Shown: one piece after another, positions 1 through 12,660 of the stretch
Layout: each line of letters starts with the position of its first letter
Position numbering within the stretch: position 1 is the stretch's first letter
Origin: Hypanus sabinus
Taxonomy: Eukaryota
DNA: 64,000 nt
Direction: 5' to 3'
Assembly (NCBI RefSeq): GCF_030144855.1
Contig: NC_082722.1
Coordinates: 27,218,001 to 27,282,000, forward strand
Translations under genes and position numbers: made by a program
The notes under the pieces: generated by a model
Database searches by the model: none
What the model saw: the letters and a program-made list of their open reading frames with translations, nothing else
Told to the model about the DNA's origin: nothing

Positions 1-350
1 TCTTTGTCAGTTGGTCTTTTATTAATTATGGTATTGTCTGCACTGTTGAATCTATATGTTAACTATAACTATATGTAACTCGGTGGTTTTGTGTAGGTCA
101 TGGAGCTTTAGGTTTGTCTGATGGATTTGTAGTTCCCTTCCGGGGAACGTGCTAAGACAGTAGCGCGATATCGATACGCAGCAGCCTCTCCGGACTCTGG
201 ATTGCGGTTTATAAAACGCTATGTGTTTTTTTTTGTGTGGTATGTTTAGTGCTTTTTCGTGATATAATTCAGGAGAAGTTGTCTCATTTTTTAACTGCAT
301 TGTATTTGTTGTTTATAAATGGCAACAAACTGATTCTGAATCTGAATCAT
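1..350 (+). mobile_element. LINE 3' end with short tandem (TGAATC)-type tail, Rex1-like
   Basis: Ends in AATAAA-like signal plus ctgattctgaatctgaatc tandem tail; resembles the other LINE 3' UTRs in the window. Confidence 0.4.
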
Positions 351-3310
351 AATTTGAATAACGGTCGAGTCAAATATGTCTTATTAAGATGGATTAAAGG
401 ATATATATTGGACAATTAATGGGAGAAATCGCAATCATGAAAGAAAACGAAACCGTGGGATTAATGCTGATCAGTCGGCAGTGCAAATCGACCTGTATTT
501 AAGATGTTTAATGAAAAGCATTTTGCGTCAAATGCATCTTCAGTGACTTTCCAAAGCATTTTTAATGGAGATTTCGTCCTCTAATTCTGAATTGAACCAA
601 TGGGAGTAGCCAAGGTTCAAAATAACACATAGCGTATAAGATAGAGTTTAAGGTTTATTGTAATGTTTGCTCGTAGAAGAGTGTTTCGAAATATGTCGTT
701 AGCAGCGCAAAGCGTTAGAATTTGGGGAGGGGAGGTGTGGAGGTATCGTCATAATAGCGTAGCTATCAGAGATGGCACCATCTCTCAGGCCTTGCAGTGA
801 CCGAATGCACTTGCTTGAGATGATGCCGAGAATTTCCAAGTTTGCAAGTATCTAAACTCATTGAACCCATTAAGTTTATATTATTCTATTTTTTTCCCTT
901 TTTTCATTACACTGTTCTGACTGTTTTTAACAATTACGTGTAGTGCACATGTATTTTCCATCAGTGTAAGTGAGCACTTCTTTTTTGCACAGGGCATTTT
1001 TCAGTGCGAGTAAATTAGGATACAGGTTTAAAACGATGTTGAGCTACGCTAAAACTAAATACGTCCGGGAAAGCGCTTTAGAACACATCACCAGCACATT
1101 GCGAGCTTGAGAAATTAGTCTACTCTTGTGATATTGCCCTTCAGAGAAATGACAAACGGCTATTTGTGTTTTTAATGAGTAGATAAACTGAATAAGAAAG
1201 ATAAGAGTACAAGATATAAATGTGCATATTTACAAGAAATTAAATATCAAAACAATACTTAAAGGTGGAGAAATCGAAGAGATTTGAAATCTGAAGTGAC
1301 CTAGGAGAAGGAAATGAATGTGTGATTCTCAAAGGGAAATCTATCTCAGCCAGCATATCCAGCAGAATTGCTCTGAGCGGCCCTTTCTTGTTTCCAAGAG
1401 TGTATGTTTCTATTATTTTTTCGAATTTCTCTGGAATACCGAAACTCTTTGAGGAATAGTTTCGTGCTTCCCTTATCAGACAGAAGATTTATTTCTCTGC
1501 CGGTGTTCTCTGTACCTGCTTCCCAGCTTCCTTAATCCCGCACCTTTTCCGCCACCAACGCTGACCTGATGAGCAACAATAATGTATTATTATAACAGGA
1601 TGCTCACCTTGTTGTGTGACACATACGTCTACCTGAACCGGAATTAATACATCAGTTTACTGTCCAACAAATGCTGGGCATTTTTCAGATTTATTTTGCT
1701 CTATTCAGCAATTGGGCAGTTGTTAATCGCTAAGGAGCTCTGTACAAAACACCATATTCTTCGAGAGTACGCATCTAGACACGTGATTCCTATTTAAATC
1801 TACTTACCAACGTCCACGTTTTTCAGTCAAAGGTTATGTTTAGTCTAAACCTGACCTCCTTTGATGTGACCATGTGCATAACTCCTCCCCTTCAGGCTGG
1901 GACAGGTACAAATGTTACAATGCATTTCTCTTTGCCTTTTGGTGCCCTGGGATTTCTATTGCTACCATGTGATAGAGCAGTTGTATTTTACAGCTATTCT
2001 TGAGCAGCAAGCCGTGGCTTTATACGAAAAAGAAGAGTAGTGTTTATTTTTATCATACAACATTTACTGTTTAGTATTGAGGCACAGCGGCGTTATCGCA
2101 AGAATGTGTTACAATTTTTTCACAACTTCAAGTCTATATCTCCCTCAACTGAACGTTGACGTAAGTGAGCAAGAAAAACTGTTCAGTTGGCTTTTCTTTT
2201 ACACTGCAAAGTTTCTCTATCTGGTGGTGATGAATCTCGGATGATTGTTCTCAACCTCTGAGGCCTATGAAGGGAATACTCTCGGTGGTATTTAAGACAA
2301 AGTAGATTTATCTCATGACTACTGTCTGTTCAAAGATATAGCCGAAGAGAATATGGTTGAGTATATCAGATATTTTCCTCTTCAATGACCGGACAGTTGA
2401 GAGAGGCAGAATGGTTCATTCCCAATCTGGTTCTTAAGTTTTTTTTTACTTTTAAATTTTCCAGTGTTAATCGCCTCCAATAAATAGAAGACGAAATTGA
2501 TCCCTTATCTTCCTAACTTAGAAATGTGATATCGATTAATAATCTTTGTCTGTATGCAGGAAATGAAACAAGCAATGCCTCAGGCCTGCACTCATTGAAA
2601 GTCTATAGCTCCAAACTGCAGTTGGATTCTCAGCTTCACAGTCTATTTGATGTATTTACATCTGCGTACAATGAATGCTGATTTTCTTGTTTGGATGCTT
2701 TGGTGTTCTTGGAATTAGAAAGCTGTAGGGCAGCGTAAGTCAGTTTGTCATCCCCATTTCTTTTATTCTGTGAAAATATTTCAAAATCATTGATTAATCA
2801 AGAATCCATCGAGTTGAACAAATCGAATCAAAAATTGCAAAATAAATTAGTGATGCACTGATTTTAGATTTCTGCCGTTTTACACAAAATCTATGTCAAC
2901 ATTTTTTTCAAATTTTCACTTTTTGATTCATATGGTATTTCAACTCCATAAGCCCGTGGAATCATAAGCGTTTCGTTCCTTACTTTAAAAGAAGTTTAAC
3001 AATATCGAGTTTGGAGAGCAGGTAACTCCTTAAGGCAGAAGGTATACTACAAAATATTTCGCTAGCTCAAAACACAAATGAGTTTTTGTGTTACGTGGAC
3101 TGATCACCGCAAACTGTTTAGTCTATAGATTTCCCGGGAGTTTCAACAGTCACATCTAGCAATAGAACTCCAAATGCACACACGCACTGTCTCCAGTGGA
3201 TACCGCACAACTGATAGAATGAACGTTGCTAATTTGTTCATTCATGCCCCTGGCTTACTGTTTTGTCAGAGTTTGCTATTTTCTATGATTAACACCAATG
3301 TTCGGTTGGT

Positions 3311-3489
3311 TCAGTGTTCCTCGGTTATTATCAGACACTTGTGTTCATTATGGAGCTCATAATGGGGTTGTAAAGGTCGGACATTCCCAGTCTCGTGCTT
3401 TTTAGAGTTTCTTCGTTTGCAGATTATACAGGAAATTAAATTTGTAAGAGCGAGAAAAAAAATAATAAATTCGAGGGATTCTACAGATT
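3311..3489 (-). CDS. Possible alternative/orphan TM plus tail exon (ESVESLEFIIFFLALTNLISCIICKRRNSKK...EEH*)
   Basis: Acceptor tcttcaatattcccag|, phase 1, hydrophobic stretch followed by KRRNSKK. A T-rich tract could produce this by chance. Confidence 0.25.
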
Positions 3490-3554
3490 CTGGGAATATT
3501 GAAGAGCAGATAAAATGTTGATGCAATTCATTAGGTAGGGCAGCATATATGAAG

Positions 3555-4010
3555 GTAAATAAGCTGTCGATATTTCTGGCCGAAACTCCATCGGGACAGC
3601 AGAAGAAGGTGTCAGATGCTGGAATAAGCTATGGAAGGAATAAAATATGGCAGGTGAGAGGAGACACCAGGTTGGTGAAAAAAAATACGTGCGCATGATG
3701 GGAATGGAATGACGTGGAAACTGGGAAATGGAAATGTGTGCAATGAGGAATGTGATAGGAGGAGAAAGTGGACACTGAAAGAATCAAAGAAGGAGGTGGC
3801 ACCAGTGCAGGTTAAAGGCAGATGAGGATAAGAGAAGAGCTGAAAGGGAGTCAGAATTGGAAATACAGATCAAAAGAGAAGGAGAGTGATGAAATAAGTA
3901 TCCAAAGTCGGGGATACCAATGTTCATGCGTTCAGGTTGGAATCCACCCAGATGGAAGCAAAATGTGAAGATATTTCGAGGGTGTTCAATCGTAAGTGGT
4001 ACAGTGACAA
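3555..4010 (-). mobile_element. Degenerate Penelope-like element (GIY-YIG/3' region)
   Basis: Similar to the Penelope copies at 19.0, 24-25 and 58.5-59 kb (gtcgatatttctggccgaaac motif, purine-rich tract). Confidence 0.5.
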
Positions 4011-4074
4011 ATGTCTGCAACTGTCTGTAAAATTAACCTTCTTTGTGATAAAGTTTATATATATGTTGGAATTG

Positions 4075-5402
4075 ACTGATAGGGATGAGATTACGGAGTA
4101 CCTGGAGGCACATGACAAGACAGGCCAAAGCCAGCATGGCCTTCGGAAAGGAAAATCCTGCCTGACTAACCTGCTGGAATTTTTAAGGAAATTACAAGCA
4201 GCATAGACAAAGCAGATATAGTAGAAGTGGTGTACCTGGATTCGCAGAAGGCATTTGACAAGGTGCCGCACATGAAACTGCTTATCAAGATAAGAGCCCA
4301 TGGAAGGTCAGAGGAGTTACTAGCATGGGTAGAGCATTGGCTGATCGGCAGAAAACAGAGAGTGGAATGAACGGATCCTATTCTGGGTGGCTGCCGATTA
4401 CCAGTGGAATTCCACGGGGCTCGGTGTTGGGTCCACTGCTTTTTATGATGTGTGCCAATGATTTGGTGCATGGGATTAATGGATTTTAGCTAAATTTCCA
4501 AAGATACGTGGAGTGGCTTGTAGTGTTGAGGAAATAGAGAGGCTGCAGGCAGCCTTAGATAGTTTATGGGAAAGAAAAAAATGGCAAATTAAATATAATT
4601 TCGGAAATTGTATGGTCATGCACGTTGGTGGAAGGAATGAACGTGCAGAATATTATCTAGATGGGAAAATGATTCAACATGCAGAGATGCAAAGTGACTT
4701 GGGAGTCCCTGTGCAGGACACCCGAAAGTTTAGCCTCCAGGTTGAGTCGGTGATGAAGAATGCGAATGCGTTTTTGGCATTCAATTCTGGTGGTATAGAA
4801 TATAAGAACAGCGTTGTGATGTTGAGGCTCTGTGAGACACTCGTGAGAAAATACTTGGAGTACTGTGTGCAGTTTGGGCTCCTTCTTTTAGAAAGGATAT
4901 ACTAACATTGGAGAGGGTTTAGAGAAGTTTCACGAGGATGATTCTAGGAATGAAAGGGTTACTGTATGAGGGACGTCTACCGGCTCTTGGGCTGTATTCC
5001 ATTGAGTTCAGGAGAATGAGTGGGAATCTCCTAAAAACATTCCGAATGTTAAAAAGCCTGAACAGATTAAATATGACAAAGTTGTTTCCCATGGCGTGGG
5101 AGTCCAGGACCAGAGGGCACGAATTGAGGATTGAAGGACCACTTAGACAGAGATGCGGAGAAATTACTTTAGTCAAAGAGTGGTAAATATGTGGAATTTG
5201 TTTCCATGAGCGGCAGTGGAGCCCATGTCATCGGATGTCTTTAAGCCAGAGATACAGAGGTTCTTGATTTGCCAGGGCGTCAAAGGTTATGGGGAGATGG
5301 CAAGGGAGTGGGGATGACTGAAAGAATTGAATCTGCCCAGGCTTAAATGGCGGAACAGACTCGATCAGCCGTATGGCCTACTTCTGCTTGTATATCTTAT
5401 AG
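4075..5402 (+). mobile_element. CR1 LINE, 5'-truncated RT/3' end, degenerate
   Basis: QHGLRKGKSCLTNLLEF, gcatttgacaaggtgccgca (KAFDKVPH), YLEYCVQF and RTRGH motifs; 3' tail. Confidence 0.9.
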
Positions 5403-5404
5403 TC

Positions 5405-5447
5405 TTATATATATATATATGTTTTATATATATATATATATATATAT
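5405..5447. repeat. Interrupted (TA)n microsatellite
   Basis: Direct reading. Confidence 0.9.
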
Positions 5448-5465
5448 GTTTTGCCTGGCTCTGTA

Positions 5466-5705
5466 TTGAGCGGCTAGCGTAACACTATTAAAGCAGCGGT
5501 AATCCAGGTTTACTTCCCGTGCCCGACTAAATGGTGTGTTTCTAACTTTTCCCATAACCGTATGACTTTCTTTGGGCGCTCGGGTTTTCTCCCACGTTCC
5601 AAAAGCGTACGCGCAGTTGGCTATTTCATCATATGGGTATAATTGGGCAGCGCAAACTGTTTCGGCCGGACGGCTGTATTACAATGTTATATCTCTGAAG
5701 CAAAT
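5466..5705 (+). mobile_element. tRNA-derived SINE (V-SINE-like), overlapping the end of the receptor CDS antisense
   Basis: Degenerate A/B-box head, central gggcgctcgggttttctcccacgttccaaa core, and LINE-like tail gggtataattgggcagcg...ccggacggctgtattac...atatctct. Confidence 0.7.
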
Positions 5706-5850
5706 TCATATGCTGCTCATGCCAATCTCTCTGCTTTACCGACAGGTAGATAATGCTCATTTCTTGTTGTCGATCTTTGCGAAATCCTTTGCTCTCCCTC
5801 ATACTTAGTGAAGCATAGGCAGTGGTGTGCTCAAGCGAAGCTTGTTCAGT
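5629..5850 (-). CDS. Terminal exon: cytoplasmic tail with tandem ITIM/ITSM-like motifs (TAYASL, IIYLSV)
   Basis: Acceptor atattctttcccaacag|, then 73 open codons in phase 0 (TEQASLEHTTAYASLSMRESKGFRKDRQQEMSIIYLSVKQRDW...PIIPI*). The two motif tyrosines are 23 aa apart. Confidence 0.72.
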   Translation of the reverse strand, partial: TEQASLEHTTAYASLSMRESKGFRKDRQQEMSIIYLSVKQRDWHEQHMNLLQRYNIVIQPSGRNSLRCPIIPI

Positions 5851-7750
5851 CTGTTGGGAAAGAATATATTTAATGTAGATAACTGAATCAAAGGTCAGTG
5901 ATCATGAACTAAGTTTGCTTCGGAATATATAATAATAGACAATGATTAAAATTGGTTGGAATAACATTTTGTCCGCGTATAATGATTTTGTCTGTATATC
6001 ATCCCGGAGGTGCGATACTAAACCCATTTCAGACTGGAAGTCGCTACGGTTACATTAGATTTCCAAACAATCACTTATAACCAGCCTAACAATCGGATGT
6101 GTTTCTCAGATCTGGGCATCTTTTTTTGTCATCTCTTCGGTCATATCACTTCCGCCCTTCCAAGTTTTGTGCATGGACTTTATCCCATGCGTTTATTTTA
6201 TGCACCCCGTCTTGTAATTATTGACATGACCAGATTTCGTACCCGTGGTGCAATTAGGATCTGTGATCTTCAAACTCGCAATACCTTGGTTAAGGATATT
6301 GGTACAAATGGAAAGACCTGATGTACTGTTCCAGCCTGGGAAACCGAGGTAGCAAATACGGGACGGGCATCTTGTCCGCTGTTGAGCTGATTTGCTTTGC
6401 TGGTGATTCAATTAAATTACAATCGAAATAGGTAGAGCAGTTGTGTATGCTTGTCACAGTAGATCGTGAAAAAACATTTGTTTTGGCTGAAACAATAATA
6501 GAGCAATCCAGAGCAATACATCAACGGTAAATAATTTACCTTCAACGTTCCAGCTTCAACTTAGACATTTCACTCAGATGCAGCCCTTCATTTCGGGAAG
6601 TGATACGAACGCCGATAGAAGTTTCAACGGAGTACTACTATAATAAAGCCAGTGTGATATGACGACCTTGTTTTGGTGATATAAAAAGTTGCTGCAGCAA
6701 ATACCGTTGCGCAAAAAAAAAATAAAATATGCGCTAAATTTGGGAAGGTTATTAATGGAACACAAGTAGACGTTTCCAGTTCCACACAGATGGGTATCCA
6801 ATGGATAAATATTAGATTAATATCATATATTATCAGGAGCATCCAGATGGGTCAAATTTAATAACATTGAACTGCCAGAATTCAGAAGTAAAATAAACAA
6901 GTAAAACACACAGTTGGTCAGGAAACACGGGAGCAAAGTGAAACAGTTAACGTTTACGTTACTTTCTGGCGATGGGTATTCAATCTGAAAGGACAACGCT
7001 TTCTCTTTCTCAAGATGTCGTTAGAGATTTTTAATTTCTGGATTAAATCCAAAATGCGATATGACCACACATTTATGAGTTTCAGGGCTTTCTTTCACGA
7101 TGGAGCATAATAATCATTCAGCGTGGCCTCGTGGAGCAGAAGGCGCCTTGTGGAGTTCCGTTGACATGTGGGTATCATTATGCGCCAGATGCTACTCGGT
7201 TTATTGGACGCATATTCGATTTCGTTGCTAATTGTGCAGTGCTGGGCCGATCTTTGTTGGGAATCGGGGTTAAAAACTGCATTTGACTTTCCAAAACCAG
7301 ATTTCGTTACATTTTCAATTCTGCTTACTCTGCGTTTAAATCAAATGTAACATATATTGCGAAATGATTCGTGAGTGTACTGTATTTCGCCATTCACCAA
7401 TATACCGTCATTCTCGTAAGCCGACATTTGACATCTAAAGCATCTCAGTCTTAGATTTATACTTAATTATTCGTCGCACAATGAATGATTAACAGCCTAA
7501 ATTCCACAGGTATATTTTACCGTTCACCTTAATGCAAACGGTTAAGAGCTGGTTTGGAATCCTGAACGACCATAGGAAGCAGATTCAAAAGGAATATTCA
7601 AATACATCTTGGGTATTTACTTCAAAATAATGAGTTGTAGGGGAGTTTCATTCTTCCCTATTGCGGTACAAATGTTAGAACAAAATAAATGTATAATATA
7701 TCTGCTATATTTATATGCCACTCTGAAAGAAGACGAGCCACTTGACCTAC

Positions 7751-7769
7751 CGGCTCTTCATTCTGACAT
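7751..7769 (-). CDS. Candidate cytoplasmic micro-exon (19 nt, CQNEEP)
   Basis: Acceptor ttctttggacag| and donor G|GTAGGT; phase 2 to 0, which would connect in frame to the terminal exon. Confidence 0.35.
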
Positions 7770-8089
7770 CTGTCCAAAGAACTTGTGTTAATCCCTTAAG
7801 AAAATAAAAAAAAAATATTTGCATTGTAATCATTGGACATTTTTCGTTTGCTATCAATCGAACTAATCACATAAGAGGAAATGCTGAATTTACGGATCCT
7901 TTAGAATGCATTTTGTGGTATCGGTTGTCTTAATCCAGTGCATCAACAGCATGGACCAATGCTCAAGAGTCTTTGACTACATTTACATACTGTCGGTAAA
8001 ATGGAAATTAAAATGAGTGAAATTTGCACGAATTCGTAAATGTTCTTCACACAGTCACAACAAGCATAGACCTACGCGAAGTTGCTTAC

Positions 8090-8113
8090 GCTTGAACATA
8101 TGGATCTGCCATT
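8090..8113 (-). CDS. Candidate cytoplasmic micro-exon (24 nt, or 16 nt if the acceptor at 8106-8108 is used)
   Basis: Good donor C|GTAAGC at 8089; two nearby AG acceptors. The 16-nt form (DPYVQA) converts phase 1 to phase 2. Confidence 0.35.
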
Positions 8114-8373
8114 CTATTGAAAGCGACATTTGAAATATTCCGAAGATATATAACGGCATTAATGAACAAGATATGGCCTGTAAATCTAGCGAGTGGAATG
8201 ATGAAACTATTTCATTTTAAAATCTAGCTTCTATTGTGCCTGATGTTTATTTATGTCAACTGGTTCGAACATCTCAATCCCTGGCTAATTATGCTTTAAT
8301 GATATTTTATTTTTTGAAGTTAAGTTATTTTGCACAAATACAGGTGATATTTCTCAGCGATCAGTGTCCTTAC

Positions 8374-8484
8374 CGTGAAATCTCTTCAAATTGACTTTCA
8401 CCAAAACTAATATCAGAACTAAAATTGCCGATCCGCCCACTGCACATGTCAGAATGAATTTAGTATCAACGCCTTGTGGATGAA
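8374..8484 (-). CDS. Exon 3: short stalk plus transmembrane helix (VHPQGVDTKFILTCAVGGSAILVLILVLVKVNLKRFH)
   Basis: 111-nt phase 1-1 exon; strong acceptor ttttctcttcccacag| and donor G|GTAAGG; about 20 uncharged residues followed by a basic stop-transfer; phase-compatible with the V exon. Confidence 0.88.
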
Positions 8485-9221
8485 CTGTGGGAAGAGAAAA
8501 CACTGTGATGCATTTATACATCCAAAAACAATGTACACATGAGAATCAACAATGTCAAATATTGTACAGGCTGCTTTCAAATCTCACTGCACAATATCGG
8601 AAAATGTACCATAAGACAGGAAATGCAAATTTTACCTTTGTTATATCACGATGAGATATGGAGGTTAAGTTTTGGTTTGCCACAACTTTGGCAAATGTTT
8701 GGAAGTTCAGAAGTTTGCTACCTTACGAATACTGAACGAATTTAATTTATTAATTCATCCTACCCGATTTAAACGTTTCTTTTTGATCACCCTTCACGTT
8801 GAATATTCACCGTCAATTACCAAGCTTCAAAATTGGTCATTCTTCACTGTTTGGGGTAACTGTTCAGTTACAGTTCTTACAAGGTCACATTGATCCCACC
8901 ACTATGACCTGTCAGCGCTTCCAATTTATATTGTGCGGAAAGAATTCTGAAAATGCTGAAATCCACGCTAACACATAAAACCCTGGAAGAACTCAGCTGA
9001 TCAGGCAAATCTAAAGTGTCGACGTTTAAGGCCGAGACCCAACATCGTTACTTCATCAAGACACCATCTTACCTTACACCAGAATGTAGCTGAAACTGGC
9101 AGGCATTGTGAGAGAGACAGGCATAGTGCAGAAATTTAACGGGCCCGATAGAGGCATACAGAATGTCCTTACTCGTGGATGAGATGTCGGAGGACTAGTT
9201 TATAAGTAATGTTTTCAGACC

Positions 9222-10345
9222 ATATGACTATTGTATATAGGAACCGAATTAGGCCACTTGGCCCACCGTTTGCTCTGCCATTTCATCATGTCTAATATTT
9301 TGTTTTCAGCCCCAATCTCATGCCTTCTCCCCGTAGATGTTCATGCTCTAACAAATCAAGAATCTATCTCCTCTGCATTAAATATCCATAAAAACTTTGT
9401 CTGTATAGCTGCCCGTGGGAAAGCGAAAAAAAATCCACAGGTTCACCACCCTCTAGCGATAGGCATTCCTCTTCATGTCCTTTTTAAATGGATGCAACTA
9501 TATTCTGAGGCTCTTTTTTTTTCTCTGAATTCTAGTGAATATAGGCCCAGGGCCATAAAACGCTCTCATATGACTTGATATGTAATTCTGGAAGCATTGT
9601 ACTGAATCTCATTTGAACCCTCTCCAGGTTCAGCACATCCTTTCCAAGATAAGGTGTCCAAAACTGCTCACAATGTGTGGTGACGCCTCACCAGCGCTTC
9701 ATAAAGTCTCAACCTTATATCCTTGTAATTACTTTCTTGTCCTCTTGAAATAAATGTTCTGATTGCATTTGCCTTCCTGAACAGAGACTCAACCTGCAAA
9801 TTAAACTGTATGGAATACTGCACAAGGACTCCCAAGTCCCTTTGCACCTCTATGTTTTTGTATATTCTATCCAGTTAGATAATAATCAAAACACTCATAC
9901 CCCCTACCAAAGTGCATGACTACACACTTCTCAACACTGTATTCCATCTGCCACTTCTTTGCCTGTTCTTCTAATTTGTCTAAGTCCTTCTTTATCCTCT
10001 CTATTTCCCAAAAAACTACCAGCCTGTCTACCTATCTTCATATCGTTTACACACTTTGCAACAAAGCCATTAATTTTATAATCCACATCACTGACATATA
10101 ACCTGAAAAGAATCGGTCACAACCTAGACCCCTGTGAGACACCATTAGTCACGGGAAGCCAACTAGAAAATGATCCCGCTATTCCCATTCTTTGTCTATT
10201 ACCAACCAGCAACTGCTTTATCTATTCTGGAATCTTCCCTGCAAAGCTCTGGGCTCGTAGTTTGTTAAACAGCCTTCTGCATGGTACCTTGTCTAAGCCT
10301 TCTGAAAATCCAAGTACAGAACAACCGATTCTACCTATCTTGGTT
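9222..10345 (-). mobile_element. CR1 LINE fragment (intron of receptor gene)
   Basis: Reverse complement of CR1 RT C-terminal and 3' UTR motifs. Confidence 0.85.
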
Positions 10346-10351
10346 GCAAGT

Positions 10352-11122
10352 ACAGGGAAACAGATTATTATCTAAATGTTGGCCGATTAGGAAAAGGGGA
10401 GGTGCAACGAGACCTGGGTGTCATTGTACACTAGTCATTGAAAGTGGGCATGCAGGTACAGCAGGCGGTAAAAAAGGCAAATTGTATGTTGGCATTCATA
10501 ACAAAAGGAATCGTGTACACGAGCAGGGAGGTTCTACTGCATTTGTACAAGGCCGTTGTGAGAACGCACCTAGAGTACTGTGTGCAGTTTTGGTCCCCTA
10601 ATCTGAGGAAAGACATTCTTGCCAAAGACGAAGTACAAAGAATGTTCACCAGATTGAATGTTCACCTGGGATGGAAGGACTTTCATATGAAGAAAGAATG
10701 GATCGACTCAGCTTATACTCGCTGGAATTTAGAAGATTGAGGGAGCATCTTATTGAAACGTATATAACTCTAAAGGGATTGGACAGGCTAGACGCAGGAA
10801 GATTGTTTCCGATGTTGGGGAAATCCAGAACGAGCGGTCACAGTTTAAGGATAAAGTGGAAGCCTTTTAGGACCGAGATGAGGGAAAACTTTTTCACACT
10901 AGAGTGGTGAATCTGTGGAACTCTCTGCCACAGGAAACAGTTGAGGCCGGTTCATTGGCTATATTTAAGAGGAACTTAGATATGGCCCTTGTGGCTAAAG
11001 GAATCTGGAGGTATGGGGAGAAAGCAGGCTCAGAGTTCTGAGTTGGATGGTCAGCCATGGTCATACTGAATGGCTGTGCAGGCTCGAAGGGCCGAATGGC
11101 CTACTCCTGGACCTATTTTCTA
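10352..11122 (+). mobile_element. CR1 LINE 3' fragment (about 770 bp), relatively young
   Basis: ORF 10438-10740 KKANCMLAFI...LEYCVQFWSP...RKDI; tail gaagggccgaatggcctactcctg...(tttctatg)n. Confidence 0.9.
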
Positions 11123-11269
11123 TGTTTCTATGTTTTATCTATCCTGTTTTTCATTCCTTCAAATAATTCATTCAGATTTCTTTGGCAAAAGTTTCCCTTC
11201 AGGAAATCATGCTGAATATGGCGTGTTTTATTATTTTGCTCCAAGTAAACTAAGTACTGATCCTTAATA

Positions 11270-12660
11270 ACGGACTGCAACATCTTGACAACCAGTGAGG
11301 TAGACTGACTGGACTACAGTTTCCCTTTTCTGCTTCGCTGCCTTCTTGAAGTGTGGAGTGACATTTGCAATTTTCCAGTCCATAAGAACCATTCAAGAAT
11401 GTAATAATTCCTGAAAGACCTCTGCTAATACCTCCACAATGTCATCAGCAACTTTTATCAGAATCCCGGGATGTACATCATCTTGTCTAGGAGAATTAAC
11501 TACCTGCAGTCCTTGCAGTTTCCCAAGAACTAGCTCTCCATTTATGTCTCTCAGTTTTCCTCTTGTTCAGGATAGACTCTCGGAATAAGCCGGGATATTA
11601 TAGACTAGCTGGTATTACAGAAAAGTAGATAATTTATCGGAAGATATTCTAAAGAATGGGATAAATAAATATATAGATCGGCTGGGCTTTATTGGGAATA
11701 GACAACATTGTTTTGTGCAAGTAGGCTGTGTTTAAACAATCTTAATAAGCTTTTCGAGCGGGTAACCATTCATCTTGATGAAGGATAATGGTGGATATGG
11801 TCAACATGGTTTTTAGCAAGGGCTTTGAAAGAGTTCTGCATGGGGGAGGCAGGCCGATCAAGTACTTTCGCTTGGTATTCAGGATGAAGAATTCAGTTGT
11901 ATCTAACGTTGGCTTCGCGTGAGAAGCCAAAGTACGGTTGTAGATAGTTGTTCTCTGAACGAAGTCCTTTGACTAGTGCTGTGTCACATGGCTATCACAG
12001 CTCGAACTGAGTTGAAAATGAAAGATAAATTTTAATGAAGGTAATTGTAAGCAGTTGTACGTTGAGAAGGTAAACTAGCCTCGGATATACCCAATGAACG
12101 AGACTGGCATTAAGGAGTGTGGAAAAAATTTATCTTGGAATATAAATCGATAATTCATTAAAAGTGGAATCAAAAGCTGATGTTATCGTCAAGATATCCT
12201 TCGGCATACTGGCCTTCATATATCACTGCATTAAGTATAGATGTTGGTATAAATGCTGAAGTTATATTAGATATTTGTGAGAACAAAATCTGGATATTGT
12301 TCCAATTCTGGTTCCTTATCTGCAGGAAAGTTATCAATATGATTGGATTAGTACAAAGAAAACTTACAAAGATGAATTGTCATAAATTTGAGGACATGAA
12401 TTATGAGTAAAGTTTTAATAGGTTAGGATTTTCTTCCATGACTCTTAAGAGAACGAGTGAACATTTGATAGAGGTATACAACATTATGAGGAATGTAGAT
12501 ATGGTGCATGTAAGCCTACTTCATCCATTAAGGGTGGGTGAGAATGTAATTAGAAGTCATAGCATAAGACTTAAATGAGAAGTATTAAAGGGGAACCTGA
12601 GGGGAAACATCTTCACTCTGACCGTGATGCTATTGTGGAATGAGCTGCTAGCGCTGGTGT
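11270..12660. mobile_element. Old CR1 fragments (minus about 11270-11530; plus about 11570-12660)
   Basis: Degenerate CR1 RT motifs in both orientations. Confidence 0.65.

Noticed and set aside
2560-2735. Plus-strand exon-like segment with good acceptor and GTAAGT donor
   Set aside because: Stops in all three frames and no other support.
6193-6411. ORF containing GIASLKITD, resembling an Ig E strand
   Set aside because: No B-strand Cys, C-strand Trp or YxC at appropriate spacing in any frame.
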